A stretch of 21,349 nucleotides of DNA, from the NCBI GenBank assembly GCA_029856435.1, contig JAHQXB010000175.1, forward strand, positions 1 to 21,349. Direction: 5' to 3'. This document shows positions 1 to 7,954 of the stretch, in pieces. Position numbers and translations under genes: made by a program. Each line of letters opens with the position of its first letter. The first letter of the stretch is position 1. The notes below the pieces were generated by a model. The model did not search any database. It had not been told where the DNA came from and saw only the letters and a list, made by a program, of their open reading frames with translations. The DNA is from Candidatus Jordarchaeia archaeon. Its GTDB lineage: Archaea; Asgardarchaeota; Jordiarchaeia; Jordiarchaeales; Jordiarchaeaceae.

Positions 1-138
1 TTTCAGCTTTCATCACACTCCCGAGACGCCCTTTTCGGCGTTTCTACCCCTCAGTAACTCAAAATGGGCTTCAATATGGGAACGCAGGAAACGGCCCAAA
101 AACATACACCCAAAAGGTGACACCCAGTTAACTGCACC
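1..138 (-). mobile_element. Probable terminus of an IS6-like miniature element, cut by the window edge
   Basis: The reverse complement from 138 reads GGTGCAGTTAACTGGGTGTCACCTTTTG, matching the left end of the 14226-14403 element (GGCACTGTTAACCTGGCGTCACTTGTTG) at 20/28 positions without gaps. The other end and any TSD are not visible. Confidence 0.4.
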
Positions 139-501
139 CTAACACCCGGGAAAAAAGATAAATAAAACAAGATAGCTAAACACATACAAAATATCTAATT
201 TATAAACTGCTAAGAATATTCAGGTTAAAATCTGGAAGAATTCTGGTTTAACTATTCTGATGATGGGGCTTCCAGTTTGGTAAAAGGTGAAATATACCAA
301 ATGTGGTTCCATAGTAAATGCTTGACAATCTCGGAAATCAAGCGGAAATCCCCCATTTTAACGGTAGTGTATTAGTGTGTGAGGGTTTTCGCCTCTGACT
401 TAAGCGAATCCTCATTTCTCCAATTATAGAAGAATGGTTGAGGTAGAAGGTACAAGTTTAGGTATTATTTGGATAGTGGTTGATGAGGGGTTATGTGAAA
501 A

Positions 502-723
502 ATGTGGTTTCCTGATGAACGCCGGCTTAAGAAAATTAAAATGGACATAAAGAGGACCAAGGAATTGGGTGCGGATCCGGTTAGGATAGCTGGTTGGCTC
601 ACGGATTTCGTCATTAAAGTTCAGCTTGAACAACTAAAAAAGGACTATCCATATAAAACTAGGGAAGAATTGATGGACATTCTGAGGCATATTCTAATTG
701 AGCGTGATAGAGATGAGCTTTGA
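502..723 (+). CDS. Small helical hypothetical protein, putative antitoxin partner of the downstream nucleotidyltransferase
   Basis: 73-aa ATG-started ORF, charged and helical. Its stop overlaps the likely ATG (713) of the next gene. Confidence 0.7.
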   Translation: MWFPDERRLKKIKMDIKRTKELGADPVRIAGWLTDFVIKVQLEQLKKDYPYKTREELMDILRHILIERDRDEL

Positions 724-1261
724 AGACTTTGTGAAAAGGGCTCTTTCTGCGCTAAATGAAGCAGGCTTAGAATATGTTATTATTGGTGGTCTTGTTGCAA
801 TAATTTATGGTAGGCTCAGATCAACCGCGGATTTGGACGTGGTGATTAAGCTTCCCCCCTCAGATACTGAGTCCATTGCTAAGCTGGTGTCCGCATTCAG
901 GAAACATGCCCTAGATGTGTTGGAAAGCGAAATCGTCGCCTCACTGAGAGAGAAAAGCCACTTCTCTGTTTTTGACACCAAATCTCCGCTTAGAGTAGAT
1001 GCTAAAGGAATATATACCCGTCTTGACTCAAAAGCACTGGAGAACCGTAGAAGGGAAAAGGTATTGGGCTTAGATGTGTGGATAGCTTCACCAGAAGATA
1101 CCATCATCTCCAAACTTATTTATGGTTCCCCCCAAGACATCGAAGACGCAGCAGCCATAATCCTAAATCTCAGAGATAAAATCGATTATGAATACCTGAA
1201 TAGGCAGGCAGAGATAGAAAACATAAGAAAACAACTAAAAGTTCTGCTCGATAAACTATAG
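713..1261 (+). CDS. Nucleotidyltransferase, DUF6036/AbiEii-like superfamily (putative toxin)
   Basis: Motif YVIIGGLVAIIYGRLRSTADLDVVI (GG...R.T.D.D), plus EDTIISKL and QDIED. The track starts at TTG 698; the in-frame ATG at 713 is preferred because it overlaps the upstream stop. Confidence 0.85.
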   Translation: MSFEDFVKRALSALNEAGLEYVIIGGLVAIIYGRLRSTADLDVVIKLPPSDTESIAKLVSAFRKHALDVLESEIVASLREKSHFSVFDTKSPLRVDAKGIYTRLDSKALENRRREKVLGLDVWIASPEDTIISKLIYGSPQDIEDAAAIILNLRDKIDYEYLNRQAEIENIRKQLKVLLDKL

Positions 1262-1293
1262 CAATTATAAAATGAAAATAAGAAGAGAATTAC

Positions 1294-1538
1294 AAGTCGC
1301 AGCGACAAGCCTACGGTTTTAACCGTGGGATGAATTGTCAATAAGTTTAAACGCCGGTATCTTCGGAGCCTTAAAAATAGCTAGCCTCCATGGAGGCGAG
1401 GTTAACGGGCTGGTGGCACAGCCCCCGCTCCTATATGTGGAATGGAGTGAGGTGGAAGCCTAAAAAGGGCAATGAACACAGAGCCGATGAAAACCTTAGA
1501 AGCAGGAATCTCCTGGCTTCAGCCATGGAGAGTGTCAA
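1294..1538 (+). mobile_element. Miniature non-autonomous IS200/IS605-family element (LE + tnpB 3' remnant + RE)
   Basis: Left: TTAC (1290-1293), then CAAG and hairpin CCTACGGTTTTAACCGTGGG (1310-1329). Right: GAAT (1506-1509), hairpin CTCCTGGCTTCAGCCATGGAG (1510-1530), AGTG, TCAA (1535-1538). This is the IS608-type end architecture. Internal frame 1341-1463 reads ISLNAGIFGALKIA...NGLVAQP, a degenerate TnpB C-terminal NAD.NGA.NI motif. Confidence 0.8.
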
Positions 1539-1558
1539 CTACTATAAGGTTGGTATTC
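1341..1558 (+). ncRNA. Putative TnpB omegaRNA (reRNA) scaffold plus flank-derived guide
   Basis: Established knowledge: the TnpB omegaRNA is transcribed from the tnpB 3' end and RE, with the guide taken from the downstream flank (here CTACTATAAGGTTGGTATTC, 1539-1558). Boundaries and expression are inferred. Confidence 0.45.
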
Positions 1559-2316
1559 CTGCTCTAGTTAAGGTCCATCCTCCATCAACGACAATTGCTT
1601 GTCCCGTTATGTAACTTGCCTCATCTGAAGCCAAGTATGCCATGATTGATGCTATATCTTCTACTGTTCCCCACCTATGAATGGGAATACTTTTGGGAAG
1701 TTCTGGGAACATTTTTCTGGAATTTGAGTCATTGGAGTGCTTATCTCTTCCCCAACTATATAGACTTTCCATTTAATTTTTTCCTTTTCGTTTCCAGAAA
1801 GTATGGTTTTTTCCGCCTTTTTTGGGAAAAGAAGCCTTAAATAACCCCATTCAAGGATAGGTTTAGGAAAAAATTAATGAGAAACTCTATAGCGTTCGCC
1901 GTTATTCCCCTATTTGCGACTTCTTGGGCTATGGGCCGTGTATCATGTTCTTAATGACTGCTTTACTGAATAGAAATGTCCCATCAACATGTACTTTAAA
2001 CATTTTATGCCAATAATCTAATGTGATATCCTAGAAAAAGCCTGTCACCATTATTCCCGCATTATTAACAAGTATATCAATCGCACCAAAATTTTTTCAA
2101 CAGTTTTGACCGCCCTAACCACCTGTTCTTCTTCACAACATCACATTGAACTGCAATAGCTTCTCCGCCCAAATCTTTAATTTCTTCTGCTACCCTTTTA
2201 GCACCTTCCAAGTTAAGGTTAACCACAGCGACTTTTGCTCCCTCCTTTGCAAAACGTAAAGCAACGGCCTTACCAATACCTGAAGTGGCTCCAGTCACTA
2301 AGGCAACCTGCTCCAT
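1542..2316 (-). pseudogene. Short-chain dehydrogenase/reductase (FabG-like) pseudogene
   Basis: Collinear fragments VALVTGATSGIG, FGAIDILVNNAGI, WHKMFKVHVDGTFLFSKAV, AQEVANRGITANAI, [MITE], VGEEISTPMT...GTVEDIA...ASYITGQAIVVDGG lie in different frames. The S/YxxxK catalytic segment is absent. Confidence 0.9.
1761..1889 (-). mobile_element. ~130-bp MITE copy 1 (TA duplication, IS630/Tc1-mariner-like)
   Basis: Imperfect TIRs TAGAGTTTCTCATTAATTTTTTCC / TAGACTTTCCATTTAATTTTTTCC, with TA at 1759-1760 and 1890-1891. Removing the element and one TA restores the SDR frame N-A-I-V-G. Confidence 0.9.
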
Positions 2317-2630
2317 TAATCTTTTTCCATATATACATAACTTCTAAGAATTTACTAAACCTTTGCATAATTTATATTTATAAAAATAATGACCAAGCAA
2401 TCCGTTTCATAATTTTTATCTCTTTTTGCATACCTTTAGTAAACATGAAACTGTGTATTTAGCTTATGGGAACCGATCTGAGGGAATATTTCTCCTTTTT
2501 CGAAAAGCTCTATTTTGGGGCCGTTCCCCCAGGCGAGTGTGCGTCGAAAAAGTCAAAATAGTCCCCCTTCTGGCGTTTGGAACCTCGTTATTCCTTCTTT
2601 AATACTGGGCTAAATACAACATAAAACTTA

Positions 2631-2638
2631 TTTATAAA
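2631..2638 (+). promoter_or_regulatory. Candidate archaeal TATA box for the ior operon
   Basis: TTTATAAA preceded by an A-rich BRE-like tract, about 120 nt upstream of iorA. Sequence match only. Confidence 0.35.
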
Positions 2639-2758
2639 TAAACTCCTACCCTTTCTATTCTCTTGAATTTGGGAAACTATTTAGGAACAGGGCAATAGAT
2701 AGACTTATGAATTGTCACTATAATGTTTTAAAAGTTATTTGTTGAGAGGATTTTGAAG

Positions 2759-4588
2759 ATGGGTAAAGAAACTTATGCTCCTCCAACTTTTTTAAAGTGG
2801 GCTAGCGGTGATGTGGCTAAGGATTATCCGGGAAAAACATTTATGATTAGCTGCAACGAGGCGATTGCCAGAGGTGCTATTGAAGCTGGTGTTAAGGTGG
2901 TGGCAGCTTATCCCGGTTCGCCCCTCCAATACACGATTGAGAGCTTAGCTATGGCAGCAAAAATCTATCCCTCAATGCATGTGGAATGGTCATCTAACGA
3001 AAAAGTTGCATATGATGTGGCCCTTGGGGCAGCTATGGCTGGTGTGCGGGCCTTGTCACCCATGAAACAGTTGGGTATGAATGTTGTCATAGATTCTCTG
3101 GTTCAGGGAGCTAATCTCGGCCCCTCAGGTTTGGTGTTGGCGGTAGGCGATGATCCGGGCGCTTTAGAAACTGAGAATGAAATGGATACCCGCTATTTGG
3201 CAAGGTACGCTGAAGTTCCGGTCATCGAGCCCACCTCAATACAGGAGGTTAAGGACTATACTTTTCAGGCCTTTGAGCTTTCAGAAAAGATTAAACTCCC
3301 AGTTGTGGTTAGAATTACGACTGGGCTGGCTTATCAGAGAGCTCCAGTCACTTTTGGAGAAATTCGCCACGATATAAGGGAGAGGGAAACAAGCTTTGAT
3401 AAGAATCGCCGCTGGCTTCTAGGAGACGCCTTCCCCTGGCCTATGAAGCCTTTCGGTGCAAAGCACATGAGGTTTCACGACGAATTGCCAGTGAGGGAGT
3501 GGGAGAATACTGTGGGTTCACTGCCTAAGGCTAGGTACACTGAAAAAGTTGTGGATGAGTTGCCTTGGAACACGCTGGTTTTTGGTAGGGAGGCCCGGTT
3601 TGGGGTGATTGCAGTTGGTGAGTGTTACCAAGAGGCAATGGAAGCCGTAAAGTTTCTGGGTGTAAAGGAAAAGGTGGCAGTTCTGAAACTGGTTACTTCT
3701 TATCCCCTGCCCCAAAGTAAGGTTGCTGAAATATTGGAGAAAACGGAGAAGGTTTTAGTGGTGGAGCAGATCGAACCCTTCGTGGAAACAGAGGTGCGTG
3801 CTTTCTCGGCAAACATGGACAGGCATGCCAAGATTTTTGGCAAACTTACTGGTGACATTCCCATCTGCAACGAGATTACTCGAAATATGATTGGACGGGC
3901 ATTGGGCAAAATGCTAAATGTAGCCTTCCTGCCTCGGGAGGAAGAGGAGAGAATCGAGAGGGGCAAAAATCTGCTGTACAGGGAACTGTTCTTTATTAAT
4001 GTTCCCAGATTCTGTCCCGGATGCCCGGAACTAGCCGCTGGGTTTGCCCTGAAGACTGTTTGCAATGAGCTTTACGGAGAGAACGTTACCTTCATTGGAG
4101 ATGTGGGTTGCTACGGTATGTTGGCTGTACCTCCACTTAACGCTTCACATGCAAACCTCAGCATGGGTTCTGGAATCAGTATGGCTAGCGGAATCTACCA
4201 CGCTGGTTCAAAAGATAAAATAATCGCGTACATTGGGGATAGTACATTTTTCCACTCGGGAATGTCTGCACTGGTTAATGCGGTTTATAACAAAGCTAAC
4301 TTGCTGCTCTACGTCCTTGATAACAGGACAACGGGTAATACTGGGCATCAGCCCCACCCCGGGGCCTTTGGTATTACCGCAACTAGGGAACCCACTAAGA
4401 TTTTGGACATTGAGGAGATAGTGAAATCCTTCCAAGTAGACTACGTTAAGGTGGTAGACCCATACAACTTTGAGGAAACCACCAAAACCCTCAGAGAAGC
4501 CTTAGAGGTTGAGGGTGTGGCTGTGGTAATAGCTAGGCAAACCTGCGCGCTTCTGGCACAAAGAATAAAGGGGTTGATTGCTAAATGA
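2759..4588 (+). CDS. iorA: Indolepyruvate-type 2-oxoacid:ferredoxin oxidoreductase alpha subunit (TPP), lacking the usual C-terminal ferredoxin domain
   Basis: NEAIARGAIEAG, YPGSP, EWSSNEKVA, CPGCP, GDVGCY and TPP motif GDSTFFHSG...LDN; ends ARQTCALL...IAK. ATG 2759 follows GAGAGGA (the track starts at TTG 2753). Confidence 0.92.
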   Translation: MGKETYAPPTFLKWASGDVAKDYPGKTFMISCNEAIARGAIEAGVKVVAAYPGSPLQYTIESLAMAAKIYPSMHVEWSSNEKVAYDVALGAAMAGVRALSPMKQLGMNVVIDSLVQGANLGPSGLVLAVGDDPGALETENEMDTRYLARYAEVPVIEPTSIQEVKDYTFQAFELSEKIKLPVVVRITTGLAYQRAPVTFGEIRHDIRERETSFDKNRRWLLGDAFPWPMKPFGAKHMRFHDELPVREWENTVGSLPKARYTEKVVDELPWNTLVFGREARFGVIAVGECYQEAMEAVKFLGVKEKVAVLKLVTSYPLPQSKVAEILEKTEKVLVVEQIEPFVETEVRAFSANMDRHAKIFGKLTGDIPICNEITRNMIGRALGKMLNVAFLPREEEERIERGKNLLYRELFFINVPRFCPGCPELAAGFALKTVCNELYGENVTFIGDVGCYGMLAVPPLNASHANLSMGSGISMASGIYHAGSKDKIIAYIGDSTFFHSGMSALVNAVYNKANLLLYVLDNRTTGNTGHQPHPGAFGITATREPTKILDIEEIVKSFQVDYVKVVDPYNFEETTKTLREALEVEGVAVVIARQTCALLAQRIKGLIAK

Positions 4589-6204
4589 GTTTGAAACCTA
4601 TAGGTAACCAGTGGAAAATAAACAGAGAGTTATGTCAGGCCTGGACTGGAAGCAGGGCTCCCTGCCATGCAGCCTGCCCTGCAGACATAGACATTCCAAA
4701 ATATGTAACTTTAATATCCATGGGAAAATTTAGGGAGGCCCTAGAAATTATTGTGGAGAGGATGCCCTTCCCCGCCATCTGTGGACGAATTTGTCATCAT
4801 CCTTGCGAAACATATTGCACAAGAAGCGACATAGATCAACCCATAGCAGTAAGGGATTTGAAACGCTTCCTAGCCGATTTTTACTCACACGAGTTGCGGC
4901 GGGAAAAAATTGAGCCAAAAAGAGAAGAGAAGGTTGCAATAGTGGGGGCGGGCCCCGCCGGACTAACAGCGGCCTATGATTTGCTAAAGCGGGGCTATAG
5001 GGTAACAGTTTTCGAAGCTTCAAAAAAGCCCGGAGGAATGATAACAGGCTGCCTCCCCGATTACCGAATTCCCAGGGAAGTCGCCGAAAAAGAAATCAAT
5101 CAGATTCTTGAAACCGGAATAGAGCTGAAAACTGACACTCCCATATACGACATTGATAATCTCTGGCGTGAGGGGTTCAAAGCTATACTAGTGGCTATAG
5201 GTGCCCAGAATCCTCGAAGAATTAAACTGGAAGGAATGGAGAGTAAAGGAGTCATTTACGGACTGCCATTCCTGAGAGAAGTAAAGATGGGAAAAAGCGT
5301 AGAGCTGGGGGAACGAGTAATTGTCGTCGGTGGGGGGAATGTGGCAGTGGACTGTGCTCAATGCGCGGTTAGACTGGGAGCAAAAGAGGTTTCCATGGTC
5401 TGCTTGGAATCACGTGAAGAGATGCCAGCCCACGAATGGCAGTTAGAAGAAGCAGTAGAAGAGGGAGTCAAAATATGTCCCTCATTGGGACCCAAAAGAA
5501 TCCTCACAAAGGAAGGCAAAGTGGTAGGTTTAGAAACCATAGTTTGTAGCTGTGTATTTGACTCCCAAGGAAATTTTTCGCCACAATTCGTTGAAGGCAC
5601 AGAAACAGTCATGGAAGCCGACACCATAATCATAGCCATCGGTCAGGAACCAGACTTTAAAGGATTTGAAAAATTAGACAAAACGCCACTCAAAACCTTC
5701 AAAGTTAACCCCGAGACCTTGGAAACCAACATACTGGGAGTTTTTGCAGCTGGCGACTGTGTTAATGGTCCTGCAAGCTTTGTGGAGGCGGTGCAAACCG
5801 GACACATGGCTGCAGAGAGCATAGACCGCTACCTAAAGGGCGAAAACTTAGTTGAGGGAAGAAAAGAGGTCAGAAACAAGCTTCCCGAAGTGGTAGTGGT
5901 TCCCCGGGGCATAGTTAGGAAAAAGAGGGTATCCATGCCCGTTTTAGGTCCAGAGGAGAGGAAGAAAAATTTTGAGGAGATACTGTTGGGATATTCGGAG
6001 CAGTTAGCGGTTATGGAGGCTAAACGCTGTTTAAACTGTACCATATGTGGCTACTGTATTGAAAACTTTGGGTGCATAGCATTGATTTGGGCAGACAACC
6101 CCAATCTCCAGTATCGGTCTCCCGAAATAGATTTGGCTTTGTGCGTGGGCTGCGGTGTCTGTCCCCAGATATGTCCCCATAAGGCAATAGAGGAAATTAG
6201 GTGA
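4585..6204 (+). CDS. GltD/NfnB-like FAD/NAD(P) oxidoreductase fused with an IorA-type 2x[4Fe-4S] ferredoxin domain
   Basis: APCHAACP and CGRICHHPCETYC Fe-S motifs, IVGAGPAGLTAA (FAD), VVGGGNVAVD (NAD(P)), GDCVNGP, EAKRCLNC, then CTICGYCIENFGC and CVGCGVCPQICP. ATGA overlap with the iorA stop. Confidence 0.9.
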   Translation: MSLKPIGNQWKINRELCQAWTGSRAPCHAACPADIDIPKYVTLISMGKFREALEIIVERMPFPAICGRICHHPCETYCTRSDIDQPIAVRDLKRFLADFYSHELRREKIEPKREEKVAIVGAGPAGLTAAYDLLKRGYRVTVFEASKKPGGMITGCLPDYRIPREVAEKEINQILETGIELKTDTPIYDIDNLWREGFKAILVAIGAQNPRRIKLEGMESKGVIYGLPFLREVKMGKSVELGERVIVVGGGNVAVDCAQCAVRLGAKEVSMVCLESREEMPAHEWQLEEAVEEGVKICPSLGPKRILTKEGKVVGLETIVCSCVFDSQGNFSPQFVEGTETVMEADTIIIAIGQEPDFKGFEKLDKTPLKTFKVNPETLETNILGVFAAGDCVNGPASFVEAVQTGHMAAESIDRYLKGENLVEGRKEVRNKLPEVVVVPRGIVRKKRVSMPVLGPEERKKNFEEILLGYSEQLAVMEAKRCLNCTICGYCIENFGCIALIWADNPNLQYRSPEIDLALCVGCGVCPQICPHKAIEEIR

Positions 6205-6220
6205 AGGAGGATTCTAATCT

Positions 6221-6844
6221 ATGGGTGAAGAGTTGAACCTCATAATTTGCGGATTGTCTGGTCAGGGAATCATTCTTACTGAAAGGTTGCTCGTGATAGC
6301 CCTCTCCCAGATGGGAAAAAATGTTCTATCTGCGGATGTTCCCCCCTGGACACATAGGAACGCTATCACTTACTGTTACATTAGGACTGGCGAGGAACTC
6401 TACTCTCCCAGGATTCCGGAGGGAGGAGCAAACCTGATAGTTTCCTTTGAACCACTTGTGGCGCTCCAAGTAGCCTCAATTTATGGAAGCCGGGAAACCC
6501 TCGTAATCACTAATGATTATCCTATTGAAACCCGGGGATTATCTCGCGACGGGCTAAGAGATATGTCTGGACGGCTGGCACACAAGTACCCCACAATGGA
6601 GCAAATATTAGGCTACCTGAAAAATTTGGAGATTACAAAAGTAAAGACCATTAGTGGCACTGATGTCTCTCTACGAGAAACGGGAAGTGCAAGGGCGTTA
6701 AACATGGTAATGTTGGGAGCAGCATACGCCACAAAAATGATTCCCGTAAAACAAGAAGTTCTAGAGGAAGAAATCATAAAGAATACTCCCCCAGGAACCG
6801 GCGAAATAAACTTGAGAGCCTTCAGAGCAGGAGCGAACCTCTAA
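6221..6844 (+). CDS. iorB: Indolepyruvate-type oxidoreductase beta subunit (POR gamma-like)
   Basis: ICGLSGQGII, ANLIVSFEPL, LNMVMLGAA and INLRAFRAG motifs; GGAGG upstream; position in the operon. Confidence 0.88.
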   Translation: MGEELNLIICGLSGQGIILTERLLVIALSQMGKNVLSADVPPWTHRNAITYCYIRTGEELYSPRIPEGGANLIVSFEPLVALQVASIYGSRETLVITNDYPIETRGLSRDGLRDMSGRLAHKYPTMEQILGYLKNLEITKVKTISGTDVSLRETGSARALNMVMLGAAYATKMIPVKQEVLEEEIIKNTPPGTGEINLRAFRAGANL

Positions 6845-6870
6845 AACCTCAAACTTGAAACCAAAAAATA

Positions 6871-6883
6871 TTCTTTTTCTTTT
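6871..6883 (+). terminator. Candidate oligo-T terminator of the ior operon
   Basis: TTCTTTTTCTTTT about 25 nt after the iorB stop, in a convergent intergenic gap. Confidence 0.35.
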
Positions 6884-6927
6884 CGCCATTATTTCTAGGA
6901 CTCTGGAATGGGGATTTCGGTAAGGTT

Positions 6928-7938
6928 CTAACTTTCAATCTTGTTTTTCTCAATTTTTATGCCCGTAGTTTTTTTGAGGAGCTTTCTTATTCGGTTTGTG
7001 AAGTTTTTTTCTTCGGTTTTTGTTTCTATTGTTACTTTTAGGAGTGGGTAGACGTATTCTTGGGTGTAGTCCGCGAGCATGTTGTTTTTTAGCTGTTCTA
7101 TGTGGTATAGGATGGTTTCCTCCTCGACTCCTATCTTTTTTGCCAAGGTTTTTATTGGGGTTATTCCTTCCTTCTCTAAAATTTTAACTATTTGATAGTT
7201 TGTTGAGTTTACGAGAGGTTCAAGAATGTCTATGGGTCTCTCTTCTATTTCCTGTTTTATTTGTGTTTGGAGTTCGTCTATGGCGTTTATCACTTTTTGG
7301 CCTACCTCAGACCTTATGTTCTGGGGTACTTTTCCCCTTTCTAAATCCTTTATTATGGAGTCTGAGGGTGCCTTGTAAACCCTTATTTTCATAACGTCAA
7401 ACTTTTTCTCCCCATTGCTCTTTTGGGATACCAGCTCTAATCTTTTCAAGTGGGAGAGAATTGATGGTTCCACTGTTTTTCCCTCTCTGAGTGCGGCGAG
7501 GCTCTTCCATGTTTCTTCGTCTGCTAATACCCGTATCATGAGGTGCGTCCTGTCTACTGTTTTTTCTCTTTTCTCCAGTTCCTTGTAGATTTCTCGGATT
7601 TTGACTTCTTCGCCACTATCCAAGAGTTTAACTATTTCTATGGCTTTGGTTTTAAGGAACGCCTTGTAGGCTACTCCCATCTCCTTCTCTTCCAGAAGCA
7701 TCGCTATACATATCTGGTTATGGGATTTGGGGGCCATTCCCGAGTAGTAGCTTACAACTTTAATGTTCCCCATCCTAACTTCAAGATACTCTCTGGTTTC
7801 CCCCGTGGAGTGAGCAAAGTACAACTGTTGAGCCAAACCCTCCGTTACTCGTGTTCCATCCGTTATGTACATATATTCTGGTTTTAGCACCACACCCTCA
7901 ACTGCGTCAAAATAGGTGACGAAAACTCCCTTAGGCAT
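6928..7938 (-). CDS. Longin/uDENN-like N-terminal domain protein with C-terminal winged helix-turn-helix
   Basis: The N-terminus GVFVTYFDAVEG...IKVVSYYSG...QICIAMLL follows the longin strand pattern. The C-terminus YQIVKILEKEGITPIKTLAKKIGVEEETILYHIEQL is an ArsR/Lrp-type wHTH. GAGGGA RBS lies in the 16-nt gap after the GTPase gene. Confidence 0.65.
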   Translation of the reverse strand: MPKGVFVTYFDAVEGVVLKPEYMYITDGTRVTEGLAQQLYFAHSTGETREYLEVRMGNIKVVSYYSGMAPKSHNQICIAMLLEEKEMGVAYKAFLKTKAIEIVKLLDSGEEVKIREIYKELEKREKTVDRTHLMIRVLADEETWKSLAALREGKTVEPSILSHLKRLELVSQKSNGEKKFDVMKIRVYKAPSDSIIKDLERGKVPQNIRSEVGQKVINAIDELQTQIKQEIEERPIDILEPLVNSTNYQIVKILEKEGITPIKTLAKKIGVEEETILYHIEQLKNNMLADYTQEYVYPLLKVTIETKTEEKNFTNRIRKLLKKTTGIKIEKNKIES

Positions 7939-7954
7939 CCGTTTCCCTCGGGTG

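Noticed and set aside
343-391. Imperfect inverted repeat GCGGAAATCCC...GGGTTTTCGC
   Set aside because: Short, mismatched and long-looped; single occurrence with no TSD.
1390-1614. 74-aa ORF in the track
   Set aside because: It crosses the RE hairpin of the IS605 remnant and runs antisense to the SDR tail. The TnpB-like frame is a different one (1341-1463).
2468-2587. GC-richer segment bounded by GGAACC twice, sharing GGAACCTCG with the 16534 MITE end and a short motif with bases 85-100
   Set aside because: The ends are direct rather than inverted, with no GGTTCC partner and no TSD. It may be a decayed element but cannot be supported.
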